Origin: Octopus bimaculoides | Taxonomy: Eukaryota | DNA: 50,094 nucleotides | Direction of reading: 5' to 3' | Assembly (NCBI RefSeq): GCF_001194135.2 | Contig: NC_068983.1 | Coordinates: 134,943,645 to 134,993,738, forward strand | In this document: positions 1-13,091 of the stretch, one piece after another | Numbering within the stretch: the first letter of the stretch is position 1 | Layout: every line of letters starts with the position of its first letter | Position numbers and translations under genes: made by a program | Notes under the pieces: generated by a model | The model's input: only the letters and a program-made list of their open reading frames with translations | Told to the model about the DNA's origin: nothing | Databases searched by the model: none

Positions 1-47
<47 letters not shown>

Positions 48-260
48 CATACAGTTTCATTCTTATTTTCTAATAGCTGACATGCAAGTTTTAAGGAAGA
101 ATGTCTATAAATACATGTATACATACATAAACATATATATATACACATATATATATACACACATATATATATACACACATATATATATACACATATATAT
201 ATACACACATAACATGCATGTTTATATACAAAGGATGTATACATACGGTGTGTGTATATA
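1..260. repeat. (TA)n/(CA)n compound microsatellite; similar tracts at about 395-515, 880-985, 1697-1735, 2630-2722, 3133-3172, 4465-4565, 8263-8440, 11197-11280, 19855-19925, 20445-20540, 21755-21820, 23190-23282
   Basis: Directly visible di-, tri- and tetranucleotide repeats; these generate the YI/HT/CV/ER ORFs. Confidence 0.95.
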
Positions 261-328
261 TACTTATATAGACCAATATCGATCTGTCTAACTTGCTTAT
301 CCCTACATTTATTTCTATACCCACTCAC

Positions 329-391
329 GTTTGAATCCCTTGAGCACTACTAAGTGTATTCTATACGGAGAATATCTGATTCTAATCTATG

Positions 392-429
<38 letters not shown>

Positions 430-893
430 ATATATGTATATATACATGTGTGAGTATGCATGCATATCTATATATATCAATATATCATGTGTGTGTATGT
501 GTGTGTGTGTGTGCATGTGAGTAAAAACAGACAATGCCAAATGCTTAAAATGTTTACTTTGCAATCATGAGATCTTGGGTTTAATTCCACTGTGTAGTCT
601 TGGGCAAGTCTCTTTCACAAAAGCCTTTAGTCAACCCAAACTGTGTGAGTGAAATTAAGTAGATAAAAACTGTGTGGAAGCCCATTGGATGAATTCTACA
701 TATTATTCAAATGACCAGCCTTGTCACATTATATTTTACTGATTCAGAAATTAGCAGTTATGTTTTATGTAGATGTGTAGTATATTCATAAAGTATATAT
801 TGCAATGATAGGCATTAAACCAGTAGTCACCTTCTGACCAGGCATAAACAAAAATATACTACTCAACTGCATAAAATATATACATATATATAT

Positions 894-946
<53 letters not shown>

Positions 947-1692
947 CACATACATACACACACGCACATACATACACACACTCACAGATAAATGGATAGA
1001 TTATTATATTNNNNNNNNNNNNNNNNNNNNNNNNNNNNNNNNNNNNNNNNNNNNNNNNNNNNNNNNNNNNNNNNNNNNNNNNNNNNNNNNNNNNNNNNNN
1101 NNNNNNNNNNNNNNNNNNNNNNNNNNNNNNNNNNNNNNNNNNNNNNNNNNNNNNNNNNNNNNNNNNNNNNNNNNNNNNNNNNNNNNNNNNNNNNNNNNNN
1201 NNNNNNNNNNNNNNNNNNNNNNNNNNNNNNNNNNNNNNNNNNNNNNNNNNNNNNNNNNNNNNNNNNNNNNNNNNNNNNNNNNNNNNNNNNNNNNNNNNNN
1301 NNNNNNNNNNNNNNNNNNNNNNNNNNNNNNNNNNNNNNNNNNNNNNNNNNNNNNNNNNNNNNNNNNNNNNNNNNNNNNNNNNNNNNNNNNNNNNNNNNNN
1401 NNNNNNNNNNNNNNNNNNNNNNNNNNNNNNNNNNNNNNNNNNNNNNNNNNNNNNNNNNNNNNNNNNNNATATAATTAAATATATATATAATTAGATAATA
1501 AGGGTAGAAATTGATATCAACCAATTAACATCAATTTTAACTAGTGGTCTAGCATATTTAAAAAATCCGAAGATTTAAAAATTATATTACAATTAATAAG
1601 AGGAATGACCACTTAATTGGATTCCACTAAAGATTTGACGTCTATCTTTAACATATTAGGAATCCACTTTAGCGGTCATTCCTCTTATTAAT

Positions 1693-1736
<44 letters not shown>

Positions 1737-2510
1737 CCCTACTTCAGAAAATATCAATATAGTATAGAGATGGAGGTATGTAGAAATCTCATCATTATAT
1801 GCAATATTCTCATAGACAAATGAAGAGTGACCAGCTTGTGTTAGGATTTCATCAGTACCTGAGTATCCTCTTTAACTGTCCACAGAAACATTGCTCATCG
1901 GTGTTCAATATTATTGTTTTTTCTGGCATACAAGTGAAACTTTTCTTGCTAAAATTTACAGCCAAAAAAGAGAGGTCGGCTTATAAACCAAGACGACTTT
2001 GAAGAACCAAAAATTCCATGTGAAATGCAGCAGGATTTGGAAAGATACTAACAATTTTTTAATTTGATTCTACATGTTTACATTATGTATTACATCACAA
2101 TATATGATACTAATATATCATATATGTCACAATATATGATATTAATATATCATATATGTCACAATATATGATACTAAAGAATTAAGTAGATCAGGTAGAC
2201 CAGACTGCATTTGTAACATTCTTTTCGGCGTGTTCTATTAATTAATTATTGATCTGTTAACAGAATTTTGTTTCAATGCTATAAAACTATTCTACAGAAC
2301 ACATCTGTCGGTATTTAACCTACACTATATTATTAGACAAATGGCCTTTATAAACAGTAATGCATTAATCAATGTTGCCCTTGACAACACTGGAGTTATA
2401 AGTAGTGTCTCTGTGGACAGCTTACAAAAGTACTCAGCTTACAAAAGTACTCAGTTACTATTGAAATCCCAGCATAGGACTGAAGTTAGTCTGGATGATT
2501 TTTGCTTTTC
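329..2510 (-). pseudogene. Downstream exons about 2510-2320, 1948-1859, 375-329
   Basis: 1948-1859 (CAG|GTACTG) and 375-329 (AAC|GTGAGT) splice in an open phase-2 frame: KKSFTCMPEKTIILNTDEQCFCGQLKRILR-YSPYRIHLVVLKGFK. Confidence 0.45.
1588..1696. mobile_element. Short TA-flanked MITE/foldback element
   Basis: Perfect 23-bp inverted repeat tacaattaataagaggaatgacc / ggtcattcctcttattaattgta, extending imperfectly inward. Confidence 0.65.
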
Positions 2511-2690
2511 CTGTAGTCAAAGATGTTTATGTCTGTGAACACATACATTATTAACCAGAAATCCATCGATATATTCTATCATGCAGTAAAGTATCAAGAT
2601 GAAGCATTGTTAATACAGTTATAATATATATGTATATGCACAAACACACACATATGCACACACACACACATGCATGAATGTGTGCGTGTG

Positions 2691-2722
<32 letters not shown>

Positions 2723-3132
2723 NNNNNNNNNNNNNNNNNNNNNNNNNNNNNNNNNNNNNNNNNNNNNNNNNNNNNNNNNNNNNNNNNNNNNNNNNNNNNN
2801 NNNNNNNNNNNNNNNNNNNNNNNNNNNNNNNNNNNNNNNNNNNNNNNNNNNNNNNNNNNNNNNNNNNNNNNNNNNNNNNNNNNNNNNNNNNNNNNNNNNN
2901 NNNNNNNNNNNNNNNNNNNNNNNNNNNNNNNNNNNNNNNNNNNNNNNNNNNNNNNNNNNNNNNNNNNNNNNNNNNNNNNNNNNNNNNNNNNNNNNNNNNN
3001 NNNNNNNNNNNNNNNNNNNNNNNNNNNNNNNNNNNNNNNNNNNNNNNNNNNNNNNNNNNNNNNNNNNNNNNNNNNNNNNNNNNNNNNNNNNNNNNNNNNN
3101 NNNNNNNNNNNNNNNNNNNNNNNNNNNNNNNN

Positions 3133-3174
<42 letters not shown>

Positions 3175-3289
3175 GATCAGATGAAATGTTGACACATATT
3201 TATTCAAATAACATCTCGATACACAATGATATATCAAATTTGAATATGCTCAAATAAAGCCCTGAAAATGTAGGTTAAGATGATATATT

Positions 3290-4330
3290 TAATTTTCAAT
3301 ATATTCCCTCTTGGCAGAGACTACCTGCCAGAGTCTGGGAATAACTTTGGAGCAAGTGGTATGAACAGTTTCTTTGGAGATTTTGTCCCAGCATTTTCAC
3401 AAATGGTGCTCAAGAGCTCTGAGACTCATATGTGAATTAGCACAGGCTTTGCTCACAAGGATAGACCATATACCAAAGTCCATCAGATTCATGCCAGGTG
3501 AAGAGTGGGGTTAGGAACTCTTTCAGCCAGAATGCCTTGAAATTCTCTCAGCACCATTTTTTTGTGGGATGTTGTGTCATCTTGTTGGAGAGTTACACCT
3601 TGTTCCCCATTGTTGCAATAACCCAAAGGACTACTTTATCTTTTAACATATCCAAATAAACATGTTAGTTGATTTTTCCACCCTCTTCAATGAAGATTAG
3701 GGATGTTTTCATGCCCTTTGAGGTCACACCCACCCACATCATTATGGATGCATGTTTCTTCCACCGAAAGGATAATCTTTGTTTGACAGGAATGTCCTCT
3801 TTATTTACTGCATATATATGATCATTTTATAGATTGTAGCACACTTGCACACTGATTAACTTTCCATCTGTGTACAGTATTGGTGGCTGCGTGCAATCTC
3901 TCAGCTTATGCAGAAGAAGCTTTGCTCTTTGCAGTCTTTTTTCTTTGTGGCTTCAGACAAAAGATGTGCTTTTGATATCTTATATGGGAATAATTGAAGA
4001 TCATTTTTCAACAAATTATGCATAATTCCATAGCTTGTACCAGCTTCTGGAGCAAGTTTTCTGATGCTTCTTTTTGGGTTATGCCCGATCTTTTCTCATG
4101 TGTTTTTGATGAGTTTTTGAGCTCTCACTGGTCAAGGTGGAGTAGTTCTCACTTTTTTGGTAAGCAAAAACCAGAATCTTTTATTTGTTTGATTACTTTA
4201 TAGACCCTCTTCTGTTGACAGTGAGTTACAAAATCTTGAAAATCTTGCTTGGAGTTTTACCTTTCCTGAATAAACCTTCAATTGTTTTACTTATTCCACT
4301 CAAACAAGCTTAAATACTAGCTTCAAGTAT
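3290..4330 (-). mobile_element. Degenerate Tc1/mariner (maT-like) transposase remnant
   Basis: Minus-strand fragments QQDDTTSH, GMNLMDFGIWSIL and KHASIMMWVGVTS match FQQDGA, PDLNPxDxxIW and SVMVWAGV motifs. Confidence 0.75.
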
Positions 4331-4468
4331 ATTAAATTTCAAGTACAAATTAGCTTCAATATATTACCTTAAATGTTAAGAGTATTAAATTTCTGAAATA
4401 AGAAAAGAAATGTTAAGTAAATTTAAATAAAATAAATATCTACACTTGGATTGACCTCCCTGTATAAT

Positions 4469-4567
<99 letters not shown>

Positions 4568-4959
4568 ATAGGGCAGGTAAAATTTCCAAGATCCATGGAC
4601 GAGTTCTCTCCAGTGGTCTTTCTCCCTCATCATCACTGGCATGTCCTGTGTCTCAGAGACAGCTAATCCATCATCCACTGGCCCTCCCTGTGGCTCTAAA
4701 CCAGCAAAATCATAATGACCAGGTTGCTCTATGACAGTGTAATTAGGGACTCTAACCCTAGTGCTGTTAAGTACACTCTCCATGGTTCTTTTCAGCGGCT
4801 GATAATACTTTACTGGTGGCGCTCGAGTAAGGTAATTATTTAACCCATAAACTTTTGGATTATAAACTTTTCTTTTAGATTTTATAGATTTTTAAATCAG
4901 TATTTTGTAGAGTACGTTTTTCTTGATAGTGTCTGATCTCCTTCATTGTTTGGATTGCA

Positions 4960-5838
4960 TCTTGGTGGTTCTTCTCTAAATTATTAATATGTGTGAAAAA
5001 GTGCCACAGCCTTGCGGTTGAGGGTACCTGTGGAAGAGGTAGACCCAGAAAGTCCTGGAATGAGGTGGTGAAGCATGACCTTCGAATATTAAGCCTTACC
5101 GAGGCAATGACTTGTGACTGAGACCTTTGGAAATATGCTGTGCATGAGAAGACTCGGTAAGACAAGTGAGAACATAACCCGTGGCCTTTACCAGGGGTGT
5201 AGCCAGCCCACTTATGCATACTTTTCCTTCTTTGGACACAAAACCCTGCTTGTGAAAACCTGTTGAGGCTAGTGAAATCAAAAATTGAATCAAATTCATT
5301 GACTGGCACCCATGCCAACCTTTCTTTATTGGACATTAAACTCAGCCTGTGAAGACCTGTTGGGGCAAGTGAGATCGAAACTGAACCAAATTCGATGACT
5401 GGCACCCATGCCAGTGGAGTGCTAACGGCACCATCCGAGTGGGATCACTGCCAGAACAGCAGTCTCACTTCCATGCCGGTGGCACGTAAAAAGCACCATT
5501 TGAGCGTGATCGTTTCCAGCTTCGCCTTACTGGCACCTGTGCCGGTGGCAGGTGAACAAAACATTGGACTGACTCCTGTGCAGGTGGCACGTAAAAAAAC
5601 ACCATTTGAGCATGGCTGTTGCCAGTACCGCCGGACTGGCCCTCGTGCCGGTGGCACGTAAAAAGCACCCACTACACTATCGGAGTGGTTGGCATTAGGA
5701 AGGGTATCCAGCTGTAGAAACTCTGCCAGATCAGATTGGAGTCTGGTATATCCATCTAGTTCACCAGTCCCCAGTCAAATCGTCCAACCCATGCTAGCAT
5801 GGAAAGCGGGTGTTAAATGATGATGATGATGATGATGA
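4960..5838 (+). mobile_element. 3' end of an RTE-clade LINE: ORF C-terminus, modular 3'UTR and (GAT)n tail
   Basis: EGTCGRGRPRKSWNEVVKHDL; ends gttaaatgatgatgatg. Confidence 0.75.
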
Positions 5839-6401
5839 CTTTTCATTATAAAATTCAATTTCGTATTACTAAATTGAATATCCTTGTAAGTTTGGATTTT
5901 AACATTCCCTAATATTATCATATATATATAAATGAAATATTCAAACACTGAGATTTGAAGTTAGATGTCACTACTGTTCATATCATCTGTGGATAAATTC
6001 AAAATTTGATGATATCACCAGTAGTAGCATTGGTGGAACGCAGTTATGATAGCTTTAAGGAGCTATGAAATGTCGTAATGATGCTTAATGAGCATCTAGC
6101 TGCTAGAAATAAGAGCCAAGTCTTAAATAATCCACCGTAGCGCACCAATATAACAGAGAAAAACAGTATGCGAGGAAAACAGACCGAATTAAAACATTTA
6201 ACAACACAAATAAAAATATTATGCAATTACGGATATCCACAAACCAGGTTTCTGCTTTTGGTTATTCAACCTTGAGCTTTCATATCCACATATATGTTTG
6301 TATGTATATATACATCTGTGAATACATACAATATTAACCAGAAATCCCTTGATATATTCTGTAGTGTAGTAAAGTATCAAGTTGAAACATTGTTAATGCA
6401 G

Positions 6402-6443
<42 letters not shown>

Positions 6444-6453
6444 NNNNNNNNNN

Positions 6454-6493
<40 letters not shown>

Positions 6494-6619
6494 ACACTCA
6501 AGACACACGCATGCACACACACATACATACATTTATATCTGTGTGCATGTGTAAATGCTTTCAAAATATCATTATTTGGTTTGACTTCATTATTATAAAT
6601 TATATATTATGTATGTATG

Positions 6620-7012
6620 AGGAGACATGGTTTAGTGATTAGGGTGTGGCACTCCCAATCATGAGATCATGGATTTAATTCCCAGACTGGGTGATGTGTT
6701 GTATGCTTGAGCAAAACCTTCATCTCACGTAGTTCTGTGATCACTTCAACACTTGATGTGTGTACACCATACACCTGTCCAGGCAACATTAATTTGATGG
6801 AGGGTGTGAGCTAATGCACAGCACATACATTAGATTGCTATAAATAAATACTCATTTATGCAGCTTGTTCGGCAAGAAATTGCAGAACTTTCTCTCTCAG
6901 ACTGGAGACTGGTGCAGCCTTCTGGCTCACCAGCCCTGAGTTAAACCGTCCAACCCATGCCAACATGGAAAGCGGATGTTAAACGATGATGATGATGATG
7001 ATGATGATGATG
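6620..7012 (+). mobile_element. tRNA-headed SINE joined to an RTE-type (GAT)n tail
   Basis: ggagacatggtttagtgattaggg head; ccaacccatgccaacatggaaagcggatgttaaacgatgatg tail. Confidence 0.6.
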
Positions 7013-7571
7013 ATATATATATATATATATANNNNNNNNNNNNNNNNNNNNNNNNNNNNNNNNNNNNNNNNNNNNNNNNNNNNNNNNNNNNNNNNNNNNN
7101 NNNNNNNNNNNNNNNNNNNNNNNNNNNNNNNNNNNNNNNNNNNNNNNNNNNNNNNNNNNNNNNNNNNNNNNNNNNNNNNNNNNNNNNNNNNNNNNNNNNN
7201 NNNNNNNNNNNNNNNNNNNNNNNNNNNNNNNNNNNNNNNNNNNNNNNNNNNNNNNNNNNNNNNNNNNNNNNNNNNNNNNNNNNNNNNNNNNNNNNNNNNN
7301 NNNNNNNNNNNNNNNNNNNNNNNNNNNNNNNNNNNNNNNNNNNNNNNNNNNNNNNNNNNNNNNNNNNNNNNNNNNNNNNNNNNNNNNNNNNNNNNNNNNN
7401 NNNNNNNNNNNNNNNNNNNNNNNNNNNNNNNNNNNNNNNNNNNNNNNNNNNNNNNNNNNNNNNNNNNNNNNNNNNNNNNNNNNNNNNNNNNNNNNNNNNN
7501 NNNNNNNNNNNNNNNNNNNNNNNNNNNNNNNNNNNNNNNNNNNNNNNNNNNNNNNNNNNNNNNNNNNNNNN

Positions 7572-7599
<28 letters not shown>

Positions 7600-7603
<4 letters not shown>

Positions 7604-7750
7604 GTGGCTTTCAGTTTCCATCTACCAAAACCACTTGCATAGCTTTGGTCAGCCCAGGTCTATAGTAGAAGACACTTGGCCATGGTGCCTCACAGTGGAA
7701 CTGAACCTGAGGTCACATAGTTGGGAAGAAGCAAGCTTCTCAACCACATG
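7600..7750 (-). mobile_element. tRNA-derived SINE; further copies at about 560-700, 10010-10145, 12930-13085, 18920-19040, 31550-31685, 37250-37540, 38780-38930, 42540-42960, 49290-49440
   Basis: Shared core tagtagaagacacttgcccaaggtgccacacagtgggactgaacc / ggaagcaagcttcttaaccac. Confidence 0.7.
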
Positions 7751-7859
7751 TCTATGCCATATGCATATGCTTATGTAAATATGTGCAAGTGGTTTCTTTA
7801 TACTAATGAGATTAGGTGCTAGCTGCTCAAAGAACTGACAAAATAGTTGTGGGATGTGG

Positions 7860-8735
7860 TCAAGTGCAAAAATATTTATACCTACTGAGCTTTATTATAT
7901 ACTTTGAAATCAAATATGCACTTGCCTTCAATCTTCAAACAGCAAGAGGTTTGGCCACTTGTATTTGATATACTAAAAAGCAAAAATTTTTCAGTATATA
8001 ATGCCAAAGAAAACTTTTTATATCTCCAAAGTTTGTTACTGTTTTAATGGTTGTAATATGCTTTGCCATTTTTTTTTCTTTGTAACAGCTTCTCTGCTAA
8101 TGTTTATAGTTGAAGTTCATGGCAGATATTCCATAGATAAAAACATTTTCTAGTGAAATGTTGGCATTAAAAGACCTTATAAAGTCAATATATTTCAGAC
8201 TAGCTAGATTAGTTATTTGATGTAGCAACTATTTTTCATTTTAGTGATTATGTATGCATTATGTGTGTGTGTGTGTGTGAGTGTGTGTGTGTATGTGCAC
8301 GTGTGTGTGTGTGTGTGTGCATGTGTGTGTGTGCATGCATGTGTATGTGTGCATGTGTGCGTGTGTATGCATACATATATATATATGTGTGTGTGTGTAT
8401 ATATGTCTGTGTGTATATGTATATATATGTATATATATAAACAACTTTCAGGAACAATAATAGTTCATGGTTAGCAATTAAGGTTTCTATGAATGCAAAT
8501 AAAAATCCAAGTTGAGGGAATGGTACAGGTAAAATCTAGGCTACATATGTTTCCTAGGTACCAGAACCTAAGAAGTAACAATTACTCAATGAGGGGTACT
8601 TCACTAGCTATTCATCAGGCCAAAGATACCTTAGTTAAATGAAGGTTACGTTGTCATTAAGGGATCACAAGTTAACTTGCCAGAGATGGACTGCTCAAAG
8701 CTTACTAACTTCCTACACCTAGATCCTTGGATCTT

Positions 8736-8773
<38 letters not shown>

Positions 8774-9486
8774 TCATCTTCGAAACACCTAGTTTAGAAT
8801 AGAGGCAGCTGATGAAGGAAAAGTTCCATAAGTGGCTCGTCTGTTTTCCTATGTGTTTGTTCTGTTGTCTGTAAACAAAGTCCATTTTTGTGCTTTATGT
8901 TCCCGTTCCTTTTTCTGACGCCCTGTACCCGGCTTAGCTTGAGGATAAATTTAGTGAAGTGAACATGTATTTGCAAGCAGATTTAATTTCTGCTAACATT
9001 GACTTCAAATATGTAATTGCAGCCAATAACTTGGGCTCCTTTTATTGAGCCTGGTTGCAGTTCATTTATTTTCATTCAGTATCTGACAGTCATCTTTGAG
9101 GTGCCCTGTGTCAAAAAAATAACATTTGTAACAGACATTCCCTTGACATTGTTCACATGCGCCTAACTCGGGCTCAGAAGTTACAATCATAAAAATTAAA
9201 AGTAATCCGAATTCAATGTTTTCTTGAAACAATAAATTTCTATAGAGATTGAGATTCAAATTCCAATCTATGAAATGTTTCTGTTCTACAGTATGCTTAA
9301 AGGAATGAAAAATTATACAGCAACTAGGGCTAATACGAACAATCCTGGTAGGTGTAAAAGACTAACTGTCAAGAGTACAGCTGACAGTCAGATCACTGAT
9401 GTTTGCTGTGCACTCTGCTGTCATTATTTGAGTGCTGGTATTCTATGTGTCTGTGTTTAAAGATCAGTTGTGTTTTGCAGAGATAG
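7860..9486 (-). pseudogene. Large relic exon (Cys- and N-x-S/T-rich, extracellular-like) interrupted by microsatellites
   Basis: Acceptor tcttttctccatttctaag at 9487; frame runs into track ORFs 9062-9259 and, after a shift, 8794-8976; (TA)n and (TG)n tracts inserted. Confidence 0.5.
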
Positions 9487-9687
9487 CTTAGAAATGGAGA
9501 AAGACATATCAAAACTATTTTTAACCTTAACTTAAAAATGGAGAAAGACATTAAAATTATATTTGTGTTTTATTGTTAAATTATCAGTGCACATATAAGT
9601 CTGCATTAGGTCTCTTACCTTCTTTTATACATGTGTCTTATGCGAAATCTGTGATGAGCCCGAGTGATGCTGATGACCTGGAGTTGC

Positions 9688-9735
<48 letters not shown>

Positions 9736-10342
9736 TACACAAGTGAGTGGACAAACACAAAGAAAAAGGCACCTTAAGTAGGAGTTACACATATCATTAT
9801 TAAAATAGCTTGGTTTGGCCCCAGTACTTACTTTTTCTCCTTTTTTTTAAAAGTCTAGTATTTATTCTATTAATCTCTCTTTTGTTAAAGTGCTAAATTA
9901 CAGGGAAGAAGACAAACCAATACTGACAAGCTGTGAGGTGGTGGGAACAAATACAAATGCAAAGATACAACCACACACACACACACACACACACACATGC
10001 ACACATTTATAATGGACTTCTACAAAGTTTCTGTCTATCAAATTCACTCACAAGGCGTTGATCAGCCCAGGTTTATAGAAGAAAATACTGGCCCAGGGTG
10101 CCACACAGTGGGACTGAACCTGAAACTACATAGTTGCAAAGCAAGTCAGTAGTTTATTTGAAAAATAAACAAATTTATATTTTGATGCATCATAGCTTAC
10201 TTATCAGTTGATTTGTAATGTATTGATTTACTAATTTATTTAACTCCAGGTTTAGTATGAGCTTGGATGAAGAATGCATTGTCCAAGTGTTTGGTTTTCT
10301 GAAAATGAGATCCTCATCCAGAAAAATTATCTTTCATAAGAA

Positions 10343-10385
<43 letters not shown>

Positions 10386-11231
10386 CTTTACTACCCACAA
10401 GGGGCTACACACAGAGGGGACAAACAAGGACAGACAAAACGGATTAAGTCGATTATACCGACCCCAGTGCATAACTGATACTTATTTNNNNNNNNNNNNN
10501 NNNNNNNNNNNNNNNNNNNNNNNNNNNNNNNNNNNNNNNNNNNNNNNNNNNNNNNNNNNNNNNNNNNNNNNNNNNNNNNNNNNNNNNNNNNNNNNNNNNN
10601 NNNNNNNNNNNNNNNNNNNNNNNNNNNNNNNNNNNNNNNNNNNNNNNNNNNNNNNNNNNNNNNNNNNNNNNNNNNNNNNNNNNNNNNNNNNNNNNNNNNN
10701 NNNNNNNNNNNNNNNNNNTGTGTGTGTGTGTGTGTGTGTATGTGTGTGTGTGTGTGTGCGTGTGTGTGTGTACACATGGGTGCCCATGTACACATAGTGA
10801 AAAATTTACAAGACTCATAACTAAGAAAGCGATGACAATAGACTATTTCGGTAACTCAATGATGAAAGGGAAATTTGTGCCGATGGACCAAAATGTTACA
10901 ATTCAAATACCACAAGAACACTCTCCTTAGGCTGTGTCAACTTGGCATTAAAAGATTATTGTTGTTGCAATTGTTATAGTCACTGGGGGTACTGTTTCTA
11001 CATTTACCAACATCCCTACTGCCTTTAGGAAAGGCATGAATGTGACCACCTGCTATTTCTTGTTTTTTATAAATATAAATATGAGGCTTCATGTCTAATG
11101 TATACCTCAGACTTATTGTTATTGTTACTCTGCTTGTTACTCTGTTAATCCTTTGTTAATCATTTCAATAACATTGTTATTTTCATTAACATTTTTATCA
11201 TCATCATCATCATCATCATCATCTTCATCAT

Positions 11232-11264
<33 letters not shown>

Positions 11265-11369
11265 CATCATCATCATCATTGCATAATATAATTTATGCGA
11301 AAAACCATTGGGTGATAAAATTTAGTGTTTACTACAATGATGTATGTGACAGTGAGTTAAAAGAACTCC

Positions 11370-12562
11370 AACCTTTAACCAAATCAAATGTTTTCAAATC
11401 ATTTCTTGCTACATTTCAACACTAAAAATTTCATAAATGTTATTGAATTCGAAAAATTGTATTATTTGTTTGTTTTCTTTTTAGTTAGTTTTTACTCAAT
11501 ATCAACTGTGACATAATTGTTATGAACAGCTTCCTCTTTCTAAATCTCGGTGGAAGTACTTTTAATGTCTGCTTCTGATGTCTTTGCTATTTGCAAATCA
11601 AAATGAACTGCAAATGAAATATGCTGGTCTCAAAGCTTTTCCATTTTTTTTTTTTTAACTAAACATCCCCCATACTCACAATTTCATTAAACAATGCCTG
11701 CTTCTTTTCCCTTTTATTTTTGTACTTTTTTTAATTGATTCAGATATTCTTTCACTAAAATTTTAACCAAATATATCCTCTTATTTTCCATTTCTAATAT
11801 GCTTCTCAAGACAGTGATACGTTTGCTTATTTGTTATTTCAAATCATATCTGTTTTAATCTGCTCTGTACATTATCCATATCTTTTAATCATCTATTACA
11901 ATCATAATTATGGAAAGAAAAACATCTTTCCTTATCAATATTTTCAATATTCTATGTTTTCTTTTCAATTCAAAGTTGATAAGATGTCAAGATGTCAGAT
12001 TTAGATTCCAAGGTAAGTTTATCACGAAAATTCCTGTTGTTACAGAGAACTTTCTATTCCTTTTATGGCAGTAAAATATAAAACTGGAGACATCAAATCT
12101 ATATTTATCAAATATTTTATTTTCCACAGTATGTTTTTCAAAAATAAGAAAAAAATCTAAAGAAAGATCAACTGTGTTTCTTTCTAATGTTAAAAAGTTA
12201 GTCACTACTTTTCTTCTCTAATTCTTTTTCCACCATTTCATTTCCTCTTATAGAAATTTCTGGAAATTCTTTCATTCCTATGATTTTCTTTTTGGAACTG
12301 TTTTTAATTTCATGACTGAAATCTTGTCCTAAGTAATTTTTTTTTAACCTTGCTTTCCTTAGTCAGGAAAAACTGCTGAATATTGATTTATTGATTTCTT
12401 TGTATTAAAAATTGTTCAGACTCTGAGACTCTATATTTTCTTTCCTTTAAAGAAGTATTAATATTTTTCATTAAATAAATTCTTACATAAACTTAAACTG
12501 TTTTATTTCATTCACTTTTGTTTGGTTATTTATGTATTCATTGAATAAGTTTTGTTGCAAAG
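11370..12562 (-). pseudogene. Heavily decayed Lys/Glu/Asn-rich large exon
   Basis: Acceptor gactattttcag; purine-skewed minus strand; peptide-like runs with many stops. Confidence 0.35.
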
Positions 12563-13091
12563 CTGAAAATAGTCAAATTGAAAAGATTTTGTTGTTGAGC
12601 TAAAGACTCACTAGTTTGTGTATTCTCAACTAGCTCAGCCTGTCATCAATGATCAAGACACTTAACTCACAAATAACATTGTCCATTTTGCTAGCAATAA
12701 GTACCATAGGATATGAGCAATTCACTGCATGATAAAATCAATGAATGTCCCCCCCGCCACTAATTCACCTCAGCATCATCATCTTTTGATAACATTAATT
12801 CTCTGTTGATTAATTTACTATGATATTTATTTTTATCACTTGCAACAGAATAAGCTACACTAAAGGTACCCAATGCCTAAATGCCAAACTAAGCCTACCA
12901 ACAAGGAACAGAAACAATGTCTCCTATAGGCTTCCACACAGTTTCCTTTTATCAAATTTCACTTACCTGGCCAACTTGAGGCCACAGTAATAAACACTTA
13001 TCCAAGGGGTCAGGCAATGTGACTGGAATTGAACCTGAAGTCACTTGGTGGCAAGGTAAACCTCTTAACCACACAGCCATGCTGCATCTAC

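Noticed and set aside
5476-5670. CRISPR-like repeat-spacer array
   Set aside because: Eukaryotic context, degenerate modules with no unique spacers, no cas genes; part of a retroelement UTR.
4875-5672. 176-aa and neighbouring ORFs as host genes
   Set aside because: They lie antisense to or within the RTE 3' end and its tandem modules.
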